DNA of 64,000 nt from assembly GCF_018977255.1 (NCBI RefSeq), contig NW_024704743.1:2170001-2234000 (forward strand), written 5' to 3'. Made by a program: the position numbers and the translations under genes. The notes under the pieces are model-generated. The model was given only the letters and a program-made list of their open reading frames with translations, was not told the origin of the DNA and did no database searches. This document shows, one piece after another, positions 12,201 to 24,200 of this stretch. Numbering within the stretch: position 1 is the stretch's first letter; each line of letters opens with the position of its first letter. This DNA is from Callorhinchus milii (Eukaryota).

Positions 12201-15200
12201 CAGGTAGATTTCAAAAGTTCTTCTTTATTACCACACCGCAAAAAGGTTACAGTCCAGGCACAACTCTTGTGGTTCGAACAAAGAAAAACTTGGCGCACAT
12301 TCCATATATAGGTATAATGCTCCAATCACAACGCTGTAATTATGTTTTGTGTGTACCACTCTAATACCACCCCCTTCTAGCTCTCCCTCATATCCCTAAC
12401 TGGGCCTCTTTAACTGTCCTAATACGAACTTGTTATTCAGTTACTCTTTCCTGTCTTTGTTCCCCATTCCTGCGCAGCTATCTGGTCCATTCCAGTTTAA
12501 CCTATTCTATGCTGATTACAAAACCACTAACCTGAGCAGTTTTTGTACAGGGTCACTATCGGGCATTCAAGCCAGAACTCCTGTTCTCCTTCACCCTCCT
12601 TTCAACTGCAATTCAATAGCCTGCCATCAGTCTTATCAAAGTAGAGGTATGGTTTGTGGTCACTTGGGTGAGATGGCCATTTGTGCCGTATCCCAAAATA
12701 AGGGAAAAATAGTTCATAAAGGGAGAAGAGAAAATACGGTGGGAAAAATGCTTGTTTTTCTCCTGTTAACAGCTTTTAAGTGAAACTTTGTTACATCATA
12801 CATTCTGTAGTTTTACTTTTTGAACAAATTCGATGTCGGTGATGGCATAATGACAGGACTATCAGTGCAGGAGTGAATGCAGAACAGTGATAAGCTTCAA
12901 GTGCCCCTCCATTCATGCAGGCAATCCCATGTTAATTAAAGAGAAAGGGATTGAGGGAATGGGGGGAGGTTAAGAAGGGAGATTCACCTGGAATATGAAC
13001 ATGCTGGGCCTTGTAAACGCCATGGAGCTCGAACAAACTTGCATGCAATTTTTTTGTCTGCTTGCAAAAGAAATTCTGATAGTAATGGAAATTACCATCA
13101 TGCTGTACACTTCTGACTTTTGTAATTGTACTATTTAATGCTTAATATTTCTTCCTTATCTGCTAGAGGTTGTTATCCAAGTAGTTCATATTCTTTCTAT
13201 CAATTCTTCCAAATTTCAACGATGAGATTTAAACCTTTTCCCAGATCTTCCAATACTCTATGTGTAAAAATGGTATAATACTGCTGCGGAGCTGTTTGAT
13301 ATCATGGGTAAAATAATAATTATAATATAACTAATGATAATCGTTGCATTTGATACAGCACTTATCACGTCTTCGAGACGTCACAAAGCGCTTCACAAAT
13401 ATGTACTGTGAAGTGAATTGACTGTATGCTTTGTGGGTGAAACCCGGCAGCCAATTATGTTAAAGACGAGAAACCTCTTGGCAGTGGTTAAGTGGATAAT
13501 GAGTTTGTGCTGAGCCTTGTAGATCAAGAATGTGCCCCTTTTGGCTCCTGCCTGAGTTAGCTGATCTCAGCTCAGGAGTGCAGGCAATGGGGCTTGGTAC
13601 ATTGACCTAATTTATAGTTTCTACTCCTGAGTGCCATCCATCTGACCTGCTTGAAAGACTGTGTGAATGGATGCTTAGGGCGGATAAGATTGGGATCAGA
13701 TGGGATGCATTCCACCCCCTCCCCACACTGTTGAATTGCCTGCTGACATTCACTGTCTGAGTCACATGTGAAGAATGACATCTCAGGCAAGTTACTGAAG
13801 AGCCTGCTGCTAGCACCTTCATAGATAACCTCGCGTGATGACTGCTGTTAGACAAGTCTTCCTTTCTGAATTAGGAGTGGGGGGAAAAAATGAAACCAGC
13901 ATTAAACAATGGTTATCATGGACAGTTGATTAGCCCTGTTCTGTGCAGGATATTTCAACGTTCAGCCATCCTGAAATTCAGATTTGCAATTTTCCAATTT
14001 GTTTCCTTAAAATCTCCTTTGAGATATTTTCATTTTCAGATGGATGAAGTATTTTTACGAATATGTTGTGAAAGCAGTATGCCTTTGAAGTAGTTTTAAT
14101 AAGCATATTCAACATAATTGTAACCTACGTTATTGGTTAACTTTTAATGCTGATGTCAACATTTTCACAAAAATCTGTTCACTTAATCAGGTTGTGATGA
14201 GATCAAGTGATGTTTAATTGGAAGTTCTCAAGCATCCAAAATCTGGTCAGATAGACGTAACTGGCACAGGTATAGGGCCCAATTGATTTTCTCCTCAAGC
14301 AGTTTAATTAACATTCTTGCTGCTTGTACGTAAGGTATTTTTTTTGAGAAAAAAAACAGAGAGCAAGTGCTGATAATTTACTCTTTAAGTGCAACGTAAA
14401 GCCTTTTAAGCCTAGGCTGTTGAATTTCATGCAGCGCTCATGCTTGAATCTTTTCAAAGGTCAGAACACAAAGGTAACAATCGTTTTTTTTTCTCTCTCT
14501 CGCTCATTGTAATTGCAGTGCCCTTGATGCCTACGCCAAGCCAGCCCAGGCCTGCTGTGGGTCCCCAGAGGTTCCTTGTGAGTAGCAGCTGCTTCGCTTT
14601 GTATTGCAATATTGATTGTAAAGTAGCATTAACATAGTAATTAAACACCGGCAAAGCTAAATAAAGTTTTGAGAATCTGTAAACATTGTTGGTTGTCTGC
14701 ACAGCTGGAAATGTTTGATATGAGCTTTGTGCTGTGATGGGTTTGGTGATTTTACTGTAAGCTGTACAAATGTGAAAGTGACAGGAGATGGCAGCAGGGA
14801 ACGTCATAAGATGTTTAAAAAAAACCTATTAAAATAAATGAGGCAGAATTTGCTTTATGAATTTGCTGCGTTATTTTAGTGTCGGGCTCAGAGGTCTTGA
14901 TTAAATTGCATATATTAATTTATTTCTTTTGCTCTCTCTAAATGGTTATTTTTTTCAACCTACCACTTTTAGATTTGGTCTTTTAGTGGTAATATTGAAA
15001 AAGATTAATGGATATAAGTGGATTACTCATCATTCCAGATGAAACCGGTGTTTGAACACTAGAATTCCATTGAGTTGTTAGACGGTTAATGGCACTGTAA
15101 TGCAAAAGGCATTAGCATTTTGTTTTCTTTATATAGCATACACAACGTATAGGCCAAAGTCAGAGAAGGTAGCTGGTAGAGCAGCAGTAAGGAAGATCAT

Positions 15201-18200
15201 GTCATCCTGCAGCATCACAGGCAAGCTTATAATCGAGACATAGATAAAACAGATCAACTAAGAGAGAATCAGTAGTATAATGTAGTTATTGTTAAGAACC
15301 ATGGAGATCTGCATTGTAGTCTGCAGGGTACAAGACATCAGGTGGTGATGATTGACACTTCCTGGGTAGAGCTTCTCATAGCAGTTTATGCAAATGGAAT
15401 CTGAACAAGGTTGCTGAAGCAAATTACATTTCATTCAGGTTATAGACCTTGCTAAAATGAGGCAGAGTGGTGTACTGAGTAGTTTAAGCTTTCAGCGTGA
15501 GCGTGTTGTGTTTTCAAGCCATGTCTTGGAAAGCTATGTAATTATAACCTTTATAGGTGGTAAAGGAATGATGGGCATTTTCTCTCATCAGATCTTGGGC
15601 AGAGGAGAGCAGATGCAGTGTTAGATACCACCAGCTGTCAAATACTGTCAGATTGGCGTATACAGTGCACAATTTAAAATGCAGGTGACATAATACCAAG
15701 CAACTTCCATTTGCCACCAGGCATCTGATTAATCGTGATTAGCATACATTATCATACTATCAAATTTAATCATATCTGTGTGTTTCCATGTGCAGTAGCT
15801 GAGAGTACCCGTGCAGTATGTGGCTTGTTTTTGATATAAGCAAAATATATTGGGAGATTGGGAAATATTTTTTCAGGAATGGTACAAAAATACATCATTG
15901 TGTACTCATTCTTACAAAAGATTAGACTTTTTATATCAAGAATAAGTACATAGGTGTGGCTCATATATTTCAACAGTTTTTACTTTATAATGGTTAACAA
16001 TGCAGTCTAATCTGCGAGATTTGTAAATAGCGAATCCTGGATATGTTGCAGTTGATCCTTTGCCTTCATGTCAGCAACCAAGTCAAGTTCCGTGGGTTCA
16101 TTCAGCGTAATGCATCTGGAATTTGCCATTTACAAATCCCAATGTAGCAGTTTATTATTTTAAAGGTATCTTCACCCTCACAGAATAATAGGAAAAATGT
16201 AAATGTTTCTTAAAATCTCTGGTCTCCGACTTCAAGGCATTGGTGTGAAATGTAAATGGGGTAAAATGTATTCTTCCCTTATTTTCGGCTCTCGATATGT
16301 CAATTGAAAACATAGTGGAGGGAGGGGAGAGCTAAGGCTAAGTTATAAAACTTTGAAGTTTAAGTTACGGGGTTAGCATTAACCAGGTGAGCCATCCATC
16401 ACATGACAAGTCCGTAAACCAGTTTGCTTTAAATCTGTTTTAGATTGAGATGCAAAGGGGAAGGGGGAGCCTTTCTCTTGATTGCTAGAGGGCATTGCTT
16501 CTGTATGGCTGTATTGTGTACTGTTCCTACAAAATCATTCCTGTGAATTGTATTTGGACAGCTGCAATTGCAATAATTGCTTTAAACTTTGATGTGTGCA
16601 GTGTAAAGTTTTTCGCATCTCAAATGCAAGAAGAAATAATAAATTAGAAATAAATGATATATTTGAATATTAGAAATAAAAAATAAATTTTGAGAATTTA
16701 AAAAAAATACTTTTTTGATCCAGTTGTCAATTTAGTATTTCTACCCAAACTGTTTAAGGTGGAGGCATTTAACTGCGGGTTGAAAGATACTATATTGATT
16801 TTACAATTCCAGAAAATGCTGGACCGTGCCTAGTATTTGACTAATCATGGTCTAAATGTTTTTTTTTTAAAAAAGCAGAGTTAGAATTTCATAGAATTCC
16901 CCTTACTGAGATGTACTGAAATAAATCCCCAAATACCTGTTTTAGTGTGTGTGTGTGTGTGTCAGCGTATGGTGGCACTCTCACCTCGGAGTCAGAAGCA
17001 TCTATGCTCAAGTCCTTCTATAAGACTTTGAATTCATTGTCTCGGCTGTCACTCCAATGCATTGCTGGGATATCCTGCAATGTAGGAATTCTATCTTGGA
17101 TGCCAAATTCCTTTGACTGAGCTACAGTCCTGACTTTATGTGTTAGAAGTTGTAACTTTTCCCTTGAAGAAGAAAAATGAAAAACTGAATCCCAAAATGC
17201 TGGAGAAACTCAACTGGACAATTGGTTCTAAAAGAGTAAAATGGGTTTTACTTCTACCGGGAAGAAAGGGTCACACCAAAGGATTAACGTGTTTTTTTTC
17301 TTATAGAACATTTATCGATTTGCAATGGCAGCCTCAACCATACAGCTTAAAACAACATTCCTTTCCACCTGTGTTTTTATCTGTTAGAATAATAAACCTT
17401 GTATTCACTTTTCACATCGGAGGATGCCTCAAAGTACTTCATAGGATTTACTGTAAAGTGCAGTGACTCTATTATACTAATACTGTTGTATTTTATTACA
17501 TATTATTCAAACATTGAGATGTTTTATGCTGGGAATGAAAAATATTCCATTTCAGGCATAATGCCTCGCATAATTTGGTTGTGTGAAGCTCTGATTCAGT
17601 GACTTGGCCTTGATCTCTGAAGAGCATTTGATACAGTTCGTTCTTTACAAGAGACAGTACAGACACGATGGACTGAATGGCCTCCTTCAATGCTGTAAAT
17701 TTCTATGGTTCTACATCAGGAAGATGTCACAAAGCACAGGATTTACTGTAAAGTATAGTGACTGTATATTTAGTAGATGTATTTTAATGTTTTACAAAGT
17801 ATCTGCATTTGGATTGTTGAAAGAAGTCTAGCTTTACAGATTTAGGCATTTGATTTAAAATTTAAATGTAGCTTCCACCTCTTATCCCTCGTTAGCTCAT
17901 CTTGAAAGTGAGGATCATTATCCTAGTATGAAGCCTATATATATTTCAGGCTTTTGAACTTCTGGTTTCAGAAATGCTCTAATAAATTATTGCTTTGAGT
18001 CTTAAATGCTGTTATACCCAAAAATCTAAATGGGTTGTCGGAATTAAAACTGGCATTTGGAAAGAAATGGTTGTTGTTCTTGACTGTTTTCCAAATGTGA
18101 TCTGAAATGCTTAAGGAATCGGGCATTTGTATGTTTTTAAAATGCAGCGTTGTGCTTAAAGATAAGTGTGGGAATGGAGCAGATTGCCTCTATGGGGTTA

Positions 18201-21200
18201 ACAACCACTGGTGTATACTGCCACTGTGAATGTAAAGAGATAGGCGTACAGGGTTATTCATGACATCTTTTTCTTCTGGTGAGCTTTTGATACTGTCACT
18301 TCTGGTCTGGAAGATAAGGGGATCTATATCCAGTAACTGAAGCACCTTCGCTGTGTATTGTAATCGTAATGCAGGTTGTATAGCAGTCATTTAATTTACT
18401 TAGATTTTGCCTTTTTTCAAACAGTGACAGTCAGTTGAATTAACTTGTGCTCACTGGCTATATCAGATTGATTTCCACATATAACTATTTTACATTTTAA
18501 GTAGGATTAATAATAAATGCCGGCTTTGAAGACCAACACCATTAATTTGTTGAACAATTCATAAGATTTCAACAATATTGCTAAGGTATTTAATTAAGGG
18601 TTTTTGTGACTATACGCCTGAACCCATTGAGCAACTGATAAGTGGTACAATAGCCATTTGATCCTCTTGGTTAGCTATATCATCTTTCAGTAGTTGATTA
18701 ACTTTTTGTTGAGCACCTTATGTGAAGTTTTAGCTGTTTTGCCATTGTTAAGCGAGTGCCATCCTTCCATATGAAAAGATGGATTACCATTGATAACATC
18801 ACATAATTAACGTAAGGTGTAGAAGGAAAAGCACAATTTGTATAAGGATCATATGCCAACGAAGGTTAATTTCTTAACTGGAAAGGGTATTTGAAAGGAT
18901 AAAATGTGAAAGCGAAGTACCTTCCTATTCTGCAAAAGGATTAAAATGGTCTTATCTTGCTTATTTTCTTTGAGAGAGATCAAGACCTTGTGTGTGTGCC
19001 TAATAGTATGTGAGTGTAATGTGTGATGAACCATTCACAATGTATATTGAATTGATCCTCATAAGTTCTTGAGGAAGTGAGTGAAACAAGCAAACTGCTG
19101 ATCTAACGGGTAGAACAATTACCCCTCTCTCTGCTTGTGCCCAAATTAATTCCCATCAATTCTTGCAATTATTTTAAACTTCTTTTTTTTAAAAAAAAGT
19201 AAATTGTCTGAATTTGAGACTGTCATCCTGGTAAATTGAGGTGGTCAAGCTTCTAAATTGTGTCAAATTAATGAGGTCTACAGTTACACTCTTTTTGGGA
19301 AGAAAATGGATAACTTAGTGACCCCTTCTCCCCCCCTCCCTCAGGTGCCAATCAGTTAGTTTGTGCTGAGAGTTAAACTAATTGGTAAGTTGTCAGATGT
19401 TGAGTATTTGACTGGGTTATGAGAAAATGATTTACGAGGTGCTAGAATTTCTGTTCAGTACTTTTCTCCTGACTCTGTATTGTTTCGTTATCAGAGTCCT
19501 CCAGAATTTCAGCCACCTATTCCAGTTCCTGGTAACTTTAACCAGCCACCCAGGCTACCCCTTCAGGAGCCTTGGAGAGGACCACACCCTCAAGACAGAG
19601 AACCCTTCTTCATGGGCGGTAAGGCTTTCTGAAAGTTCTTTCTGAAAGTTGTCTTATACCGTCAGCTGAAAACTAGCTGGTGTATCTTGGAAGTAATTCT
19701 TGGTAATAACTGTAAATTTTGAAAAAAATTGTGATTGTCAAAATGAGATTAAAATATCTGACAAATATAATGATCCTTGCATTTGATGTAGTGCCTTGTG
19801 GAGTGCTTTAGCTCAGTGGTTAGAGCACTCGCCTCGCAAGTGAGAGACCTGGGTTCGATTCCTGGCAGGGCAAAATGTTGGGCAAGTTTGCTTACTTCAC
19901 AGCCTCTGTTTATCTAGCAGTAAGTAAACCCAGTTGTTAGTCAGTTAGCGGATCGCTTTTCCGGAGATGCTAATCCCTCAAAAAAAAACAATAATAATTT
20001 GGTCACTCAATCCACGACTGTTTGTGGGACGCTGCTGTGCGCATTTGGCTGCCGCGTTTCGCCCACAAATATGCAGTCAATTCACTTTACAGTAAATTCT
20101 GTGAAGTGCTTTGAGACGTTTAGAAGACTTGAAAAGCGCTATATCAAATGCTCTTATTATCATGTTGTTGAGACATCTCAAAGCGCTTCACAGAATTATA
20201 TTGTAAAGTGGATACACAATAGTGTATTTTGTGAGCAAAAAAATCTATTAAACCGGCAGAATGGAGGTGAAGGGCTCAATGACTTGCTCTTGTTCTTATA
20301 TTCAACTTTTGTCCTGTAATTAAATGTCTCAATTGTGATAACTGATAAATATACGGTGATTAAAAGAGATATTAACTCAGTACAGTCTATCAGAACATTA
20401 ATGCAGCATTTTGAATTTACAGAACCACGATTTCAAGGACAACATATGTTTCAGCAGCGCAGTCCTCCTCCCCCGCTTATGAACAATCATCCCATGCCTC
20501 TCCAACCTCCCATGGTGTACAACCATCCAGGGCCAGGCTTTAACCAGCAACAACAACATTTATTTCCAAGGGAAGCTCCAGTAAGGACTAGCCTGCAGCC
20601 CCAAGGGCCTATGGGTATGCCTCCTTTTAACCAGCCTGGTCCATTGAATCCCAGACCATTCATTCCTCCAAGACATCAGTTTCCACAAGGCCCTGGACAG
20701 CCGTTCCCGCCGTCAGCTCTCCTTCAACCAAATATGCAGGTATGAGCACAGTATTTAGCAATAAAGCATTTATTGACTCGAGTGAGAATCTAGCCATAGC
20801 TGCTGGAGGTTAATGGGCAGCGAAAGGTTAGATGTAGAGAAACGTATCTGACCAAGTGTTAAGTAGTTGGATCTAATGATCCTGTGCACTGTATGAGATA
20901 TGTCAGTCTTGGTAGATGTAGGCTGGGAATTATAAGCTGCAGTGATTCGATTAGAAAATTAATCAGAGCATTTTCCTTTGCCCTGTACAGATGTACTGAG
21001 ATGATTGTGCTTTTTTTGGGCCAACGCACAACGTCAATCTAATTTTATTAAGTGGTTCCTGTTTAATGCAGCAACACCATGTTGTTTCTGTGGGTCAAAA
21101 GAAATATTAGTTAATGTTTTATGGGGTTTATTATTTATTGAATTTGTTTAATTGTAATATTTGGAGTTGCAAACCCCCCCCCCCCACACACACACACCCC

Positions 21201-24200
21201 ACAACCCCCTGATATAATGCCTGAAATCTGCTTTCCTAAAGTTTTTTTGTGTTCAGTTAGCCTGCGGCTTGTGAGAGCGAAATGTTGGCATCGCCCTCTA
21301 CTGTTTGTGATACACATAAGCCACCAGTTTAATGTTAAAAGTCCGATGAAGGAACAGCTTTTCATGCAAAAGCCATCGGAGTGTAGTGGATTGCAAGAAC
21401 TAAACATAAGAGGGTTAAGCTCTTGGGCAGTGTTCTGTTCTGCGTAGCCAAGTTGACAAATCGGCCTCTAATAGGATTTCACAATTATAATCGCATATTG
21501 CTAAAATCACTACATGGAATACCAACTGGAATTCATCTCTAAATTGCAGTCACTTAACTGTTTGAGACTGTGGTAAAATTTCCAGAACTAATATTTTAAA
21601 ACGATCCAATCAGAATTTTTTTTTTGCACGCGTTATTTTGAAAAAGTTAATCTTTTGGTATTATAACGACTATTTATTTTCATGGATTATGTTTCAAGAA
21701 TAACTGTTGCACTTCTTTTGTGTTACTATATGACAGTTATCCTTGCAAAATTGGCAATAAACTTGTATCAAAAAAATAAAGCCGTTTCATTTTGTAAATA
21801 TTTATCAAATGAAGCAGATACTTATAACAGGAGTAACAAAGCAATTGGATTGCATTGAGAAAGAGATCCAGCTGGTTTGAAATGGAAGGGAGGAAGAGAG
21901 CTGGGATTGGAATTTGATTGATTTCTCTTTCCCACCGCACTCACAAATATTTCCATTAGTGGTTAATACAAGTATAAATTCAGACACATATAATAAAACG
22001 TGCTTCTGACATAGCATTTTATCAAGTCCGCCTCAAAGCGCTTCACAGGAAATACTGTAAAGTCGTATGATTATGTGTATTTTGCGGGCGAAAATGTATG
22101 CCTAAGTAACACTTCTGGCTTCAGAAGGAAGGCATAAACTGATTTTTAAAATTTACTGGTATTTCCAAGAAATAGACCCCATTTGAAAATATTCTAAGAT
22201 GACAGTAATAATTCTTGTATTTGATATACACCCTATTACGCCGTTAAGAAGTCTCAAAACGCTTCACAGAATATATTGTGTATTTTGCGGGCCAAACGCG
22301 GCAGTCAATTGCGCACAGCTGTGTCCGACAAACATTCACTTAGATCAAACCTTTTCTTTTTTTTTTTGGAGGGACTATTACCCCTGGAACGTGATCTGCC
22401 AATTGACCAAGAACTGGGTTCCTAGTTACAGTTAGGTAAACAGAGGCTTGTGGAGTAAGGAATGGAACCCGGGTGCTCCCACTTGCAAGGCGAGCGGGCT
22501 AACCACTGTGTTATGGGATTCCACAAGTATCAACTCTCTCCCAGTGGTAGCCACGTGGTTTCCTTCTAAACTGGGCCTGGTTTATGTGATTACATATTCC
22601 AACCCTGTACTGATGACATTTTGTAACTACCAAAGAGTAATAACCAGTTTGTAACCTATCATTGATGTGCATTTCTATCTTGTAGCCCCCCATGCCGATG
22701 CAGCCGCCGCCACCGCACAATCACTGCTCTCCCCAGCCAATCATTCCTAATGCTCCACAACAATTCAGGCCTCATTTACAGATGCCTCTGATAACTGTGA
22801 ATGATAATCGACTGCAGCATCCTCAGCGGCAAAGTGGTATGAAGTTAAGACACGTAAGCACTTTTTAATATCAAGCCTTTTAAAAAAAATTATCTTTGAG
22901 CCTAAAATAGGCAATCCTAATCTTGACGTTTTATTTGAACTTTGTATGTAAAAGATCAAGAATCTTTGTAGCATGTTGAAGCTTCTGTATATTCTGTATG
23001 CAGAATATATACCTAAGATTTGTTTTTTTGTGCGTTCCTGTAGACACCTTCACTTGCACTTGAGTAGGCAGTAAAAATGTTGCCCAAATGACAAGAGGAC
23101 ACCTACTTTTTAATTATGGGTGTACTATAGATTTCTCTTTCTCTCTCTTTCCCCCACCTTCAAAAAAAAACACCAACGTGGTCTCCAGTGTAGTGCAGCA
23201 ATTGAATGAAGGCAGACACACATTGAACCTTGCCATCACATTCTGTGTAAACTGTCAATTGAGGCTATTGTTCTGCCTTTATCCACTCGTTGTGTGACAA
23301 AGGGGACTGAGCGTTTCTGGTAATTTGCCAGTCAATCAGGCTCCCAGAATGGAGTTTGATGGCACCAAATGCTGAACATAATGAGAACTCTAAACTGACG
23401 CACAGTAAAATGTCCAGAATATAAATCCATACAAGCTTTAGGGCCGAGGATTCACTCTGGCTACATTTTCTTTTATACTGTATAACATTGGGCGTATAAC
23501 ATTCTACAAAGACAACATAGAAATCTACGACAACTCAATTGACATCTGAAAGGGGAAGATAGATTCATATTGCTGTAATAATAATAATAATAATCCTTGC
23601 GTTTGATACAATGCCTTATCACGTCTTCGAGACGTCTCAAAGCGCTTCACGAAATACACTGGAAAGTGAATTGACTGTATATTTTGTGGGCAGAATGTGG
23701 CAGCCAATTGCACACAGCAGCGTCCCCACAAACAGTCGTGGATTGTAGTGACCAATTTATTAATTAACAGATTATTATCTTATTATCTAATGAACTTTCA
23801 TCAGATCTTTTGTTGAATAATTTGTATCCAGCACTTTGCCATACCTTTCTTTCAGATGCAAAGTCATGTCCTGTGAATTTTTAGCATATTGTGTTTTTTT
23901 TGTGAATTTCAGATTTTCCAGAGTTTTGAGTTTTCTTTATCTCACCTACTGAATTACACGCTGCCTGTGAGTTGCTTTACCAAGTCACTAAACACCTGCA
24001 CTTGTTTAAAATAGTTTTAACTCAGAAATTTAAGCACACCACAATCAAATATATTACTAATGTAATAATCCTTACATTTAATAATAGTTCCTTATGTTGT
24101 TGAGACGTCTTAAAGCTCTTTAACAGGATGTAAAGTGGTGTGACTGTATTTTATGGGCGAATATGGCAGCCAATTTTTGCATAGCAATGTTCCACAAACG

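Larger units (their letters stand above)
10087..12593 (-). mobile_element. Internally deleted endogenous retrovirus (gamma/epsilon-like), antisense in an RBM33 intron
   Basis: TG...CA ends flanked by direct repeat CCCTC (10082-10086 and 12594-12598). The 22 bp at 10087-10108 match 12148-12169 with one mismatch. Gag and integrase remnants lie between. Confidence 0.88.

Noticed and set aside
19798-19870. tRNA-like sequences with A and B boxes
   Set aside because: They continue directly into the SINE body and tail in many diverged copies, so they are SINE heads and not tRNA genes.
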